Positions 63,274 through 64,000 of a stretch of DNA of 64,000 nt are shown piece by piece. The stretch's first letter is position 1, and every line of letters starts with the position of its first letter. The notes beneath the pieces were generated by a model. It searched no databases, had not been told where the DNA came from, and was given only the letters and a program-made list of their open reading frames with translations. The stretch lies in the NCBI GenBank assembly GCA_964270895.1, contig OZ185441.1; one strand, 5' to 3'. Source of the stretch: Podarcis filfolensis. Lineage: Eukaryota. The position numbers were made by a program, and so were the translations under genes.

Positions 63274-63600
63274 TTTATTTATACTGCGCCCTCCCCAGCC
63301 AAAACCGGGCTCAGAGAGGCTAACATTAGATATATAACATATTAACACAAAATCAAGCAATCAACTAAAATACACCCTAAAATCAAATCAGGATCAAAGT
63401 GAAATCCAATCAGATAGCAACCCGCATCTTAGGGTTGGGGACATGAAATGCTCACCAGGCCTAACTGTTATACTGATCTTATATGAGCCTGTGAGAAAAA
63501 ATAGGGGGCAGCAGAGCTTTAGGGCCAGTTTACTTTCTCCTAGATGGGTTACCTTCCCAGGTTGATGAGTCCCACCTGCCCCTCATTTCCCACTACAGCA
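63046..63600 (-). mobile_element. RTE-like retroposon fragment with (AAC)n tail, split by a younger insertion at about 63230-63500
   Basis: gttgttgttggtatccgtctgtc...ggcgtacaaggtgccatccaactgccttagggactccactcc, resuming as ctcctagatgggttaccttcccaggttgatgag. The family assignment is from memory. Confidence 0.6.
63230..63470 (-). mobile_element. LINE-type 3' end with (AAT)n tail (repeat at 63231-63272)
   Basis: (aat)14 followed by atttatttatactgcgccctccccagccaaaaccgggctcagagaggctaac. Confidence 0.65.
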
Positions 63601-63609
63601 AACAGGGAT

Positions 63610-63795
63610 GGAGAGACACTGACTGGAAAATGGCAGTTTTAAACAACAGCGGAGGTTTGAGTACAGCAAGCAGAGGGAGACTGTGAGAGGAAAATAACGG
63701 ACTTAAACAACAGCAGATGTTTAAATAGAACAAGTCAGAGTGGAGACAATGAGGGGGAAAGTGGCAGTTTAGAACAAGGTTTCAGTACAGCAAAA
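63610..63795. repeat. Diverged minisatellite, about 3 units of 64-66 bp
   Basis: ggagac at 63676 and 63742 (ggagagac at 63610); ttaaacaacagc at 63639 and 63703; ggcagttt and ggttt.agtacagcaa recur. Confidence 0.7.
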
Positions 63796-64000
63796 AGGAG
63801 TTAGGAAAGGCTCTGTTTTGTTAACTTTTTGGTGCTAGGTTTTGTGTCGTCTCTATTTCTCTTTGTTAATTAAACAAAAATCAACAACCCTCCCTTCTCA
63901 ATCTATTCTGACCCCTGTCACTACTTTCCAGTCTCAGTTTCATTCCATTCTAGCTCCCAGGCCACGGCCACTGCTACTGTGCAACCTGCCTTCTCTTTCA

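Larger units (their letters stand above)
18226..64000 (-). other. ZNF521: ZNF521 intron upstream of the giant exon (over 45 kb; its 5' end is outside the window)
   Basis: The preceding exon (expected ...HSCDSCLQVFESLSDITEHKINQCQLT) was not found by eye in 18.2-64 kb. Confidence 0.75.

Noticed and set aside
1-64000. CRISPR arrays, operons, rRNA, numt or viral coding inserts
   Set aside because: The DNA is eukaryotic intron. I saw no regularly spaced repeat-spacer array and no mitochondrial, rRNA or viral protein signature by eye; a BLAST search would be needed to exclude very decayed ones.

Overview
Vertebrate genomic DNA. The repeat content (Sauria SINE, tRNA-Lys/CR1-tail SINE, squamate MITEs) points to a squamate, most likely a lacertid lizard. 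The window lies entirely inside ZNF521 on the minus strand. It contains the giant zinc-finger exon (18225-14870, 3356 nt; human exon 4 equivalent) and the following 85-nt exon (463-379; exon 5 equivalent), which the ORF track missed. Both exons have canonical AG/GT boundaries and compatible phases. The preceding coding exon was not found by eye, so that intron is longer than 45 kb. The rest is intronic: SINEs, decayed CR1, L2 and RTE pieces, hAT and Tc1/mariner MITEs, a probable solo LTR, microsatellites, a 187-N gap and several enhancer-like blocks. The other ORFs look like shadows of the exon, repeat remnants or noise. I see no convincing new multi-gene system. The most interesting leads are an inverted MITE pair bracketing the giant exon (circRNA hypothesis), a 50-bp fold-back retro-insertion with a 14-bp TSD, candidate conserved enhancers and a candidate poison microexon. 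All counts and identities were made by eye; no database search was run.
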